Shown here: positions 29,501 through 37,095 of the stretch, piece by piece | How the letters are laid out: each line of letters starts with the position of its first letter | Position numbering within the stretch: position 1 is the stretch's first letter | Translations under genes and position numbers: made by a program | Notes under the pieces: model-generated | Databases searched by the model: none | What the model was told of the DNA's origin: nothing | Seen by the model: the letters and a program-made list of their open reading frames with translations, nothing else | From: a virus | IMG/VR virus record: IMGVR_UViG_3300045988_070690 | Coordinates: 1-37,095 of that record | Length of the DNA: 37,095 nucleotides | Reading direction: 5' to 3' (one strand)

Positions 29501-30289
29501 TTACTTTACTTCTTTGAAGTTGTCCACGCTTACGTAGCCGGTGACGTACTTGCCTGCCGGCTTTTTGCCGCAGTACTCTTTACGTGTCGTCACGCGATAC
29601 CGCCCCAACTTGCACTGCTTGCCGTCGTAGATGTAGTACACACCAGCCGGCAGAGTAGCGGCGGGAGTGGTCGTCGTATCGTTTGCGAAAAGCTGTGTCT
29701 TAGCCTTGTACAGCCGTACCGCCTGCCCCTTCTTCCAGTCGTATCGCAGCGGGGGATTGCTTGCAGCGGCGTTCGATGACGTACCGCTGCCGCCCATTTT
29801 GGCGGCGACATCTGACAAAAATTTTTTCCAGTGCTGCTCGTCGGCAGTGTCAGAGCCACCCTTGCTTGACGGCACGAACCACTTCGGGCAGACCTTTCCT
29901 GTCACGTCATAGTGCCGGATAACGCCGCCCTTTTGCGGGTGCAGTCCGTACTTTTTGCAAAGATGTGCTGTCAGCTCCACAAGGCTTCTGTACGTGCTGT
30001 CAGAAAATTTTCCTGTCCAGTCAGGGTGGCAGGTTTCGATGCTGACCGTGTAGGAGTTAGCACGGTTCGTGCACCAGCTGACCTCGTTATCTGGGATACA
30101 GCAGATAATCTCGCCTTGCAGCCCTATGATGTAGTTGCTGCTGACCTCGCGGTCGGTCGTCTGAAAATAATTTCGATTGTTGATAGCAGATGTACCGGCG
30201 TTGCCTACCCAGTGCACAGCGATAGCGGTCGTCTTTTTACGCTTGGTATACGGGCGGTTGTGTGTCAGTAGCTTTTGCAAAATGTTCAT
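29501..30289 (-). CDS. Endolysin: N-acetylmuramoyl-L-alanine amidase (Amidase_2/PGRP) with a C-terminal SH3-like binding domain
   Basis: 262 aa. AIAVHWVGNAGTSA..SSNYIIG..SIETCHPDW..IRHYDVTGKVCPKWF. The C-terminal part (WKKGQAVRLYKAKTQLF..GVYYIYDG) is SH3b-like. Confidence 0.85.
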   Translation of the reverse strand: MNILQKLLTHNRPYTKRKKTTAIAVHWVGNAGTSAINNRNYFQTTDREVSSNYIIGLQGEIICCIPDNEVSWCTNRANSYTVSIETCHPDWTGKFSDSTYRSLVELTAHLCKKYGLHPQKGGVIRHYDVTGKVCPKWFVPSSKGGSDTADEQHWKKFLSDVAAKMGGSGTSSNAAASNPPLRYDWKKGQAVRLYKAKTQLFANDTTTTPAATLPAGVYYIYDGKQCKLGRYRVTTRKEYCGKKPAGKYVTGYVSVDNFKEVK

Positions 30290-31122
30290 TTATTTTCCCT
30301 CCCAAGATTTTTCACAATTTCTTTTTCGCGATCGCTTAATGCCCAGCGTTCCGCCTTCTCTCGTTCCGCCTTCTCTCGTTCCGCCTTCTCTCGCTCTGCC
30401 TTCTCTCGTTCCGCCTTCTCTCGCTCTGCCTTCTCTCGCTCTGCGGCACACCGTTCGGATACCAGATAACCGCCGCCAAAAATAGCTTTTTTGCTTTCGA
30501 TTTGAGAATCCAGCCTAGAAATGAACAAACTTTCGCTTTTTTTTACACGGTATTCAATCCCGTATCTGCTATAGGGATTTAGCCGTGCCGATTGTGCCAC
30601 GAATGGCGGAAAAGCATATTTTGGTAGTTTTTTTTTGGCTTCGGTTCTAATTTTGTCGACTGCATTTTTTACCGCAGTGTACAGCGTCGGGCATGTCCGA
30701 AACCTCAAATCTTCCGATTCCAAATTTGTTATAAACGACGTTTTTACAACAGCGTGGTTTTCATATGTAACGTCATTATCAACAATTAATGCCGTACAAT
30801 CGCGATTTCTAAGAACAGAAAAAAGTACCAAGCTGGGTGCAAACAAAAAAAACTGAACGCCGTGCAAAATGTAAAAATCAATGATTTTCGACAAAATGGA
30901 AAATGGTGGGTTATCCACTACAATCTTGCCATCATAGTCAAAATGTTCGTAATCTCCGCCCGGATAAAACGGGCGAACAAAATTTTCACGATCAAGTTTG
31001 TATTCGCTCGCAGTCCACTCCGCCACTGCTTCGTAAACCTCCGTCGGAGTGTAGCAGTCGTCCGTGGTCTTTTTCGGCTTAAATTTTTCCACAAATTCTT
31101 CGTAATTTTCGCCTTTCGCCAT
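30286..31122 (-). CDS. Phage Dam-like N6-adenine DNA methyltransferase-like protein with a C-terminal (AEREK)n repeat
   Basis: 278 aa. TTDDCYTPTEVYEAVAEW and VVDNPPFS (motif IV, NPPF). The C-terminus is AAEREKAEREKAEREKAEREKAEREKAEREKAERW. Translationally coupled to the endolysin gene by a 4-nt overlap. Confidence 0.55.
   Translation of the reverse strand: MAKGENYEEFVEKFKPKKTTDDCYTPTEVYEAVAEWTASEYKLDRENFVRPFYPGGDYEHFDYDGKIVVDNPPFSILSKIIDFYILHGVQFFLFAPSLVLFSVLRNRDCTALIVDNDVTYENHAVVKTSFITNLESEDLRFRTCPTLYTAVKNAVDKIRTEAKKKLPKYAFPPFVAQSARLNPYSRYGIEYRVKKSESLFISRLDSQIESKKAIFGGGYLVSERCAAEREKAEREKAEREKAEREKAEREKAEREKAERWALSDREKEIVKNLGRENK
30349..30444. repeat. Six and a half tandem 15-bp units (TTCCGCCTTCTCTCG / CTCTGCCTTCTCTCG) that encode the AEREK repeat
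   Basis: Counted directly. In-frame coding repeat. Confidence 0.9.
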
Positions 31123-31125
31123 GCG

Positions 31126-31329
31126 TCACCCCTCCACTTCCGGCAGTCCTGCGATAGATGTCAGCACAGACAAGATACCGGCTACCAGAGCAGTGCTGCC
31201 TACCACTGCCCAGCTGATGTCTTGCATGGTCGCAGCTACGCCGATAGTAGCAACGGCTGTCTGTGCCATAGTCTTAACGGCTCTGATTCCAGCGGCTTTC
31301 GCCCACTGCTTCCAGTCACGATTTTTCAT
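31126..31329 (-). CDS. Holin (two transmembrane segments)
   Basis: 67 aa from ATG 31329, after a GAGGAAAATC RBS. MKNRDWKQWAKAAGIRAVKTMAQTAVATIGVAA..VVGSTALVAGILSVLTSIAGLP fits LL-H/phi-LC3-type holins. Confidence 0.75.
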   Translation of the reverse strand: MKNRDWKQWAKAAGIRAVKTMAQTAVATIGVAATMQDISWAVVGSTALVAGILSVLTSIAGLPEVEG

Positions 31330-31552
31330 GATTTTCCTCACTTTCCAGCTTTTCCACCTTGCATTCAACTTTCGTCATACGGTCAAGGAGATTGTTATGC
31401 TTATCCACACGCCGCGAGAGCGTGTCTACATCGCTTCTGAGTGCGTCCAGCTTTACCTGTAAAACGGCGGTTGCTTTACTCTGCATCAGTGCAGAGCCGC
31501 CTACAGCACCAAGTGCAGCAATTCCGGCTGTGATGATCTCTGTCCAGTCCAT
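31316..31552 (-). CDS. Lysis-module membrane protein (N-terminal transmembrane segment plus coiled coil)
   Basis: 78 aa from ATG 31552, after an AAGGAAG RBS. MDWTEIITAGIAALGAVGGSALM then a heptad-like region LQVKLDALRSDVDTLSRRVDKH. Confidence 0.55.
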   Translation of the reverse strand: MDWTEIITAGIAALGAVGGSALMQSKATAVLQVKLDALRSDVDTLSRRVDKHNNLLDRMTKVECKVEKLESEENHEKS

Positions 31553-31599
31553 TTGGTTCACTTCCTTTTTTAGTCCACAAAAAGTCCTCGTGTTTCCTC

Positions 31600-34500
31600 T
31601 TATCCGAGCAAGTATGTCAAGTCGATGCGATATGTAGTGCTTTTCACAAAGGTTCCGGCTGCATCAGAGCTGAAAGACACAACGCCTGCTGTGTCCACTT
31701 TGATACAAAAAATCTTTCCGCTTGGCGTGTATCCACAAGTCTGCACCACGGCTGCCGGACGATACCCAGCAGGCAGTGTGCACACTGTCGGAGAGCCATA
31801 TGTGCTGCTAAAAGTCACCTCACCACGCACTTCTACAAACCGTCCGTACTTCCTGCACTGTACTGTAGAAGTCGCTGTAAAGGTCGTGTTTTTGGTGGTG
31901 GCTGTCCAGCCGCTGTCTGTCAGTGTTTCGGCTCTTCCAGTGGTTGCACAAATGGAATTGTCAGTAGAATCCACACACACATCTCCAGATGTTGGTGCTT
32001 GTTTTGCATCAGCACTACTCTTAGACGTTAACGCCCAGAAGATACCATTATTTGCACCACCTAGATTCATTTCGTTCAAAATAACGACACGTGTTCCCTC
32101 GTATTGGCTTACCACTTTTGCCCATAGTTCAAAAGTCACATTTTTTTCGCCGTTTATCGCCACTACACGAAAAAGTCCAGTTGGCATGCTGCCGGTTCTA
32201 CCAGATTCAAAAAATGACATGGATTCGACAGCATTTCCAGCAGATGCTAAACGCACACGGCATGTGTATAGTGCATGCTTTCCCCAGCCACAAGTGCATA
32301 AAAATGTCGTTGCGATCGTAGCGTATCTGCCAGATAGTGTTGCGGTTCCGATTTTAAACCAAATATAGCCATTTGAAAAATTTGCATTAGCGTTATAGCA
32401 AAATGCACTTCGCATTTGACCGTTGCTTAGCGATTCAGCTTTTTTCGCCGTTCCGTCTTTCGGCAGATACTTCGACAAATCCATGCCGTCCAGCTTTTTC
32501 TTATCCGCAGCAGTCATCAGACCGTGCGTAGACTGTGTGGCATCGCTGTAGGTGGTGTCTTTCGCACTGATGGTGCTACCACTGATCGTGATGTTCGTGC
32601 CGGCGGTTAGTTTGTCTTGCTTGCCGGAGATGTCGGGGATTTCACTTTTGTCAGCTTTACTTGCAAGTATATCTGTAACAGCTTCAACTTTTGCAGCTGA
32701 CATTCTTATGCTTTCAGAAATCACAGACGAATCCAACTGCACGACGTTTGAATAATTTTGATTAACATTGGAACAACTGCCAACAAATGGATAAACCGAT
32801 GTTTCCACCGTCACTCTCACCCCTGGAGCTGTTGCGGTATAGCTTTCATCTGCATACAAAAAAAGATACAAATCATAGTTGGTTTTTCCTCCCACGGCTG
32901 TATCTATACTACTATAGCGACCCACTGCGTATACAGACAACTTTTTTTCAGGTGCACTGCTGAAAATTTTTAAATTTTCCAGCGGCCTTACCTCAAACAG
33001 CTTGGCGTTGTGCAGTGGCAGGTCTGCTGTGATGCTGACTCCACGTCGGCCAGCGACACCATAGAGCGCAATCGCAATTTTTGCAACTCCCTGCGGCTCA
33101 TAGTAAATTCTTTCGCCTTGCTCGTAGCCGCCTTCAATGCCGATTTTTTTGTAGTCATGAGCAGTGCTCTCTACCACAGTAAAAGCAAGTTGACACCAAC
33201 AATAACCTCTCCCATTATCGTATGTATTGGGAAAATATGGTATTAATGACGTGATCGATCTGGTGCTTGGGAATTTAAGTCTATAAAATTCAGAAGAAGT
33301 GCTTTGATTGATTTCCAGCCCAGTGCCGTCTACAGCAAATTTGTAGCGTGTGTTTTCAGACGGAATCCCTAACGCCGTAATATCTTCCTTCGTCACCTTT
33401 TCAGCGTCCGCGACATGCCCCTCACCGTCGCTTGCAAACTTGTAAAATCCTTTCGCGTGTGCGGTGTGGGCTGGGTGAGTGTAGTTCTCCAGCCCTGCCA
33501 GCTTGTCCCGTTCTGCCGTGGTATACGGCTGCTCGATCTTGTCCAACACACCTTTGTTGTTGTGTGTATGTGCTGACTTCTTCAAGGCGGCGATTTGCGT
33601 GTTCTGCGTGTTGTTCACAGACACAGCCCCGTCTGCGGTTCCTTGTGCCTTATCTGCAGCCGATTTGACAACCGCGTCCTTTGCATCGATCTCCGCTTTC
33701 GTGTACGTGTTTGCGTCACCGCCGCCGCCGCCGGTGTTAGACTTGCTTTTCCGGTACAGATACCGGCTGTAGTCCGATATTTTTTTGGCACCATTCCGCG
33801 ATGTGCTCACAGACAGCGTTCTGGTATCCTCGCCAGCACATGAAATTTGTTGCCCGCCTCGGAACGTCCACGTCACATCTGTCACATAAGAGTGATATTC
33901 CTCTGATGTGAGTGGGTCGATGATTTTTACACGGTCGCCGGCTCTGAAGTAGTACGGCACGTGCACCGTGCACCGGAAAGGGTTGATTTGCGGCACGTTG
34001 TCTATATACGCCACTTTTCCCTGTGCTACCCACATATATCGCAGCATGGTTTCTGTACGTCCACGCACCATGCTTTCCGGTGTGCCGTCCTCTACAGACT
34101 GCCAAAAAGGGTTATTGTTGACGACTATAGACAGCGGTGCTGCATTTTCAGGGAAGTCACCCGATACGCTCCACGAAGTCCATATGCCGCTGTCATGGTT
34201 TACACGCCAGCTTGACGTGCTTACATGAAACGGCGATTTTTGGTAGGTGTCACGCTCGATGTTTGATGCGTCGATTGTTATCGGACAAGTTCTGCTTCCC
34301 ATATATGCGAAATGCAGCTCCCCGTTTTCGTCCGGCATTATGATCGCACCAAGATACTCCGCCAGATAGTTTGCAAAGTCCTTGACGGATTCCGTGCAGC
34401 AGTCGCTCGGTACTTTTACGGATAGAGCACCGATTCCGGATTCTGGCACCGATTCTTCGTTTTTCGCAGCGTTCCAGTGCGGCACACTGTAAGCGTTGCA

Positions 34501-34941
34501 GATCATGTTGAAAATCACGCTCGGAACTTTTTTTTCTCCCAGCTGCATTGCAAGCCAGTTCTGAGCTGCTGTTGTCGTGTCGTTAGAGTAGCACGCTTCA
34601 TCAAGAAGATACACGTTATCAGACAAGCTGAGCGTGTACACGCCATAGCTACGCTCTGTCGATGTGACGTTGTACACACCGACTTGCTTTTTCGATGTAT
34701 CTCCATACCAGACGTACAGCTTGACTTTTGCTCCAAAAAGCTTTTCATATGACAGTGCACTTGGAGCGTGAAAAGCCACCGATGCAGTGCCGGTGTTGCA
34801 GCTTCCCGCAGGGATACCGCCGCCGCTGGAGCAGGACTGTGATGTGGTCAGGCTGTCACGTATGATCTGCGATTCATCGATCGCATACGTGCTGTCGTCT
34901 TTTGTAATGACATCAAGTGCTGCGTGTTCTTCAATCACCAT
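31600..34941 (-). CDS. Tail-associated/receptor-binding protein (Tal-like N-terminus fused to fibre and C-terminal binding domains)
   Basis: 1113 aa, directly after Dit. The N-terminal third resembles prophage-tail/minor structural proteins. A central Gly-run is followed by helical segments and the fibre motif STHGLMTAADKKKLDGMD. Confidence 0.8.
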   Translation of the reverse strand: MVIEEHAALDVITKDDSTYAIDESQIIRDSLTTSQSCSSGGGIPAGSCNTGTASVAFHAPSALSYEKLFGAKVKLYVWYGDTSKKQVGVYNVTSTERSYGVYTLSLSDNVYLLDEACYSNDTTTAAQNWLAMQLGEKKVPSVIFNMICNAYSVPHWNAAKNEESVPESGIGALSVKVPSDCCTESVKDFANYLAEYLGAIIMPDENGELHFAYMGSRTCPITIDASNIERDTYQKSPFHVSTSSWRVNHDSGIWTSWSVSGDFPENAAPLSIVVNNNPFWQSVEDGTPESMVRGRTETMLRYMWVAQGKVAYIDNVPQINPFRCTVHVPYYFRAGDRVKIIDPLTSEEYHSYVTDVTWTFRGGQQISCAGEDTRTLSVSTSRNGAKKISDYSRYLYRKSKSNTGGGGGDANTYTKAEIDAKDAVVKSAADKAQGTADGAVSVNNTQNTQIAALKKSAHTHNNKGVLDKIEQPYTTAERDKLAGLENYTHPAHTAHAKGFYKFASDGEGHVADAEKVTKEDITALGIPSENTRYKFAVDGTGLEINQSTSSEFYRLKFPSTRSITSLIPYFPNTYDNGRGYCWCQLAFTVVESTAHDYKKIGIEGGYEQGERIYYEPQGVAKIAIALYGVAGRRGVSITADLPLHNAKLFEVRPLENLKIFSSAPEKKLSVYAVGRYSSIDTAVGGKTNYDLYLFLYADESYTATAPGVRVTVETSVYPFVGSCSNVNQNYSNVVQLDSSVISESIRMSAAKVEAVTDILASKADKSEIPDISGKQDKLTAGTNITISGSTISAKDTTYSDATQSTHGLMTAADKKKLDGMDLSKYLPKDGTAKKAESLSNGQMRSAFCYNANANFSNGYIWFKIGTATLSGRYATIATTFLCTCGWGKHALYTCRVRLASAGNAVESMSFFESGRTGSMPTGLFRVVAINGEKNVTFELWAKVVSQYEGTRVVILNEMNLGGANNGIFWALTSKSSADAKQAPTSGDVCVDSTDNSICATTGRAETLTDSGWTATTKNTTFTATSTVQCRKYGRFVEVRGEVTFSSTYGSPTVCTLPAGYRPAAVVQTCGYTPSGKIFCIKVDTAGVVSFSSDAAGTFVKSTTYRIDLTYLLG

Positions 34942-35781
34942 TTACGATTTCCTCCCGTGTAGACGCAGTTCAAAAGGTGTCCCATAGTCTGCATTTTGGT
35001 CTGCCGCCATGTTCCCTGATAGCCGTATCATGCACTCAAAGTCGCCAAAAGGCAGCTCGATCAAACCGGTGGCACTGGAATCGATTTCGCTTACCAGTGG
35101 AAATGGCTTGACTTCGCTCCACTCGGTATCTCCGACTTTTCGAACTGCAAAAAATCGCTTCGTCAAAGTCGCTGGCGAAGCGTATTCGCCCACCAAAAAT
35201 GCGTTGCCGCCGCAGATAAGATTGACAAATTCAAGCACTTTGTCGTACTCGTATACGCCACTGCCCAGATACCGGCAGTCTTCCAGCTTTACCATGTGAT
35301 CTGTATCTCTTGTCCTGTCCGCGACGTTGCCAAAGTACACGCCCGCAACGCCGTCACAAGTCAGGTGAAATGACGGTATCGCACAGTGGTTGTCTTTGAT
35401 GATTACGGGAAGGCTTAGGGTGGCGATGTCTGCAATGCTTTCCGGAGATACTACAGTCACCGTTGGTGTTCCGTCCACATAGCAGTGCATACCGTATAAA
35501 GAGTTTCCAGCTATACCGCTGACTGTCGCACCACCAAGCAAAATTTCTCCGCTTTTCATCGCGTCCGCCACACGCCGTATATCTCTACATGTGCCCTCGA
35601 ACTGCAAAGTAGCTTTTTCTTCGAGTTTACCGCGTGAGTATGTCGCATAGGACCCGTCTTCACACTGCTCCCTCTCAACATCTGGCGTGCACTCTGATGC
35701 AACGTCGCCGATTTGATATACAGTCGCACGCAGCCTCAGACGGGCATGCTGATCGTCATAGAAAAAATCACACGCCTGCAT
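34942..35781 (-). CDS. Distal tail protein (Dit)
   Basis: 279 aa from ATG 35781, after a GAGGGGGGGGAGAAGC RBS. It lies between the tape measure stop (35801) and Tal. The track start at 35847 would overlap the tape measure gene. Confidence 0.7.
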   Translation of the reverse strand: MQACDFFYDDQHARLRLRATVYQIGDVASECTPDVEREQCEDGSYATYSRGKLEEKATLQFEGTCRDIRRVADAMKSGEILLGGATVSGIAGNSLYGMHCYVDGTPTVTVVSPESIADIATLSLPVIIKDNHCAIPSFHLTCDGVAGVYFGNVADRTRDTDHMVKLEDCRYLGSGVYEYDKVLEFVNLICGGNAFLVGEYASPATLTKRFFAVRKVGDTEWSEVKPFPLVSEIDSSATGLIELPFGDFECMIRLSGNMAADQNADYGTPFELRLHGRKS

Positions 35782-35800
35782 ATGCTTCTCCCCCCCCTCG

Positions 35801-37095
35801 CTAAAATTCTGTTCCGCCGCTGATTGCGTTTGCACGGTCCTTTGCACTCAGCACGATCGTGTCCAGCACATGCGTGTTTGGTGCCATGTAGATCGGGAAA
35901 ACCCAGTCCCCGCCGGTCTGTGCTTGCTGCGTTCCATGCGTCTGTGTCTGTTCTGCCGCACGCGGCTGATGCACCGGATAAGCGATCTCGTTGTACGGAC
36001 TGACTGGCAGCTGTGATGCGTTGATGACATCTTGTGCCATTTGCTCTGCTGTGACAGAAGTTTCTCCAGAGCCGTCGCGGATACCTTCCGCAAGCCCCTC
36101 AGAGTAGTATCCACCAAGCTTTTTCGCCACCTTAGACGGTGAGTGCTCGTCCCACGTGGAACGTGTGCTGTTTGTCGCAGCATTTGCCAAAGCCTTTGAC
36201 GCTTCTTCTGCCGCCAGCGTGTTCCCTGGGTCGTTGATACCCGCAGCAAGCCCAGCGGCGTAGTTGTACCCGTTATCCATGCCCCACTGATACAGTTCAG
36301 CAGCTTGTTCAGACAGCATTCTGGAGATGTTTCCGAGAGCGTCTGTGATCTGATACGAGTTGTCTGTAACGCCGGCAGAAAAAGAACTCGTGTAATTTGA
36401 CGCACCTTCATAGCCTGCACTCGAAGCGTTTGCTTTAAAGTCGTTAAACTCTTGGTTTGTGATTACATACGTTTGATATGCAGCATCAACCATAGACTGC
36501 GTGATTCCTGCAACGCCGTCGTCGTACTTGATTTTCAAGTCTTCCCAGTACTGATGAGCATCATCCATTTGCTTTTGCAGTGATTCTCGCGTACCGGTTT
36601 CTGCTGTCTGCAAGTTGTTAAGCAGTCGCGTGTTGCACTCTGCGATTGCGTCCGCATCACCAGATGCAAGTGCTTCCTGCATATCTTCGTAGTTTTTGAT
36701 TTCCGATTGGTAAGCTATGACGTTGCTAAGGTTGTCTTTGACATCTTTTTTTGCGTCGTCAAGGCTGCTTGATGTTTCGTCAATCGATTTTTGGATTTGC
36801 TGGAAAACATTGGTGCTGTTGTTGGCAATGTCGGATTGTGTTACACCGAGCATCTCACCATACGAGGACACAAAGCGGTCTACTGCCGCATAGTAAGCGT
36901 CTGTGCCACCGCCGTAGTTGCTCAAATTTTGAAAAGCACTTTTTGCAGCTTGTATTTTTGTAAGCCGCCGTTCCAAGCTTTTTTGATTGTCCAGGCTTTC
37001 GGAATACGTTGAACCGGCATCAGAGAGGCTCTGCTGTGCATCTATGTAGTTTTCTTCATTGGCAGAAAGCAGAGCGTTGGCTTTTTTGGTTGCCA
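35801..37095 (-). CDS. Tape measure protein, C-terminal part (36977-37095 duplicates 1-119)
   Basis: In phase with 1..2112 across the junction (...SLDNQKS|LERRLTKIQ...). Contains the TMP-typical STWDEHSPSKVAKKLGGYYSEGLAEGI motif. Confidence 0.85.
   Translation of the reverse strand, partial: ATKKANALLSANEENYIDAQQSLSDAGSTYSESLDNQKSLERRLTKIQAAKSAFQNLSNYGGGTDAYYAAVDRFVSSYGEMLGVTQSDIANNSTNVFQQIQKSIDETSSSLDDAKKDVKDNLSNVIAYQSEIKNYEDMQEALASGDADAIAECNTRLLNNLQTAETGTRESLQKQMDDAHQYWEDLKIKYDDGVAGITQSMVDAAYQTYVITNQEFNDFKANASSAGYEGASNYTSSFSAGVTDNSYQITDALGNISRMLSEQAAELYQWGMDNGYNYAAGLAAGINDPGNTLAAEEASKALANAATNSTRSTWDEHSPSKVAKKLGGYYSEGLAEGIRDGSGETSVTAEQMAQDVINASQLPVSPYNEIAYPVHQPRAAEQTQTHGTQQAQTGGDWVFPIYMAPNTHVLDTIVLSAKDRANAISGGTEF
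36977..37095. repeat. Terminal overlap, right copy
   Basis: Identical to 1-119. Confidence 0.95.

Noticed and set aside
30349-30444. 15-bp tandem repeat as a regulatory or recombination site near the endolysin start
   Set aside because: It is in-frame inside the methyltransferase-like ORF and translates to a perfect AEREK pentapeptide array, so it is recorded as a coding repeat.

Overview
The window is one complete, circularly closed genome of a temperate siphovirus-like phage or prophage. Bases 1-119 are identical to 36977-37095, so the unique length is about 36,976 bp. The overlap lies in-frame inside the tape measure gene, so it is an assembly closure and not a physical terminal repeat. 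GGAGG-type ribosome binding sites, many TTGACA-17-TATAAT promoters, an ImmR/ImmA switch, an Ltp-type lipoprotein and a large serine integrase suggest a Firmicutes/Clostridia-like host; this is inference. Layout: (i) A plus-strand lysogeny block at 23.7-27.7 kb holds the XRE repressor, ImmA-like metallopeptidase, Ltp-like exclusion lipoprotein and large serine recombinase. (ii) A plus-strand accessory block at 27.8-29.4 kb holds three small genes, each with its own near-consensus promoter. (iii) All other genes are on the minus strand. The early/replication region (23.6 down to 12.6 kb) holds an antirepressor, RecT, PD-(D/E)XK exonuclease, SSB, replisome organizer, C5-methyltransferase-like protein, DUF1064 protein, hexapeptide-repeat protein, a frameshifted Lar-like gene and a late regulator. 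The packaging/head/tail region (12.5 kb down to 1, wrapping to 31.6 kb) holds an HKD nuclease-like gene, TerS, TerL, portal, minor head protein, a DUF2829 cassette, scaffold, major capsid, connectors, major tail, chaperones, a roughly 1095-aa tape measure spanning the junction, Dit and a 1113-aa Tal/fiber protein. The lysis cassette (31.5-29.5 kb) has an adenine-methyltransferase-like gene between holin and endolysin. The least explained part is 21.87-23.64 kb. Directly behind the early leftward promoter lie about 0.8 kb of hairpin-dense non-coding sequence with four tRNA T-arm/CCA-like modules. An AT-rich two-gene cassette bracketed by 47-bp direct repeats splits this sequence. Other signals: two promoter-plus-terminator mini-units (a Q-like late arrangement and an antisense small RNA), a stack of candidate counter-defence genes (DUF2829/Tad2-like, Lar-like, two methyltransferase-like genes, a highly acidic protein) and an iteron-like origin inside the replisome organizer gene. 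All product names come from motif and family recognition by eye. No database search was run.
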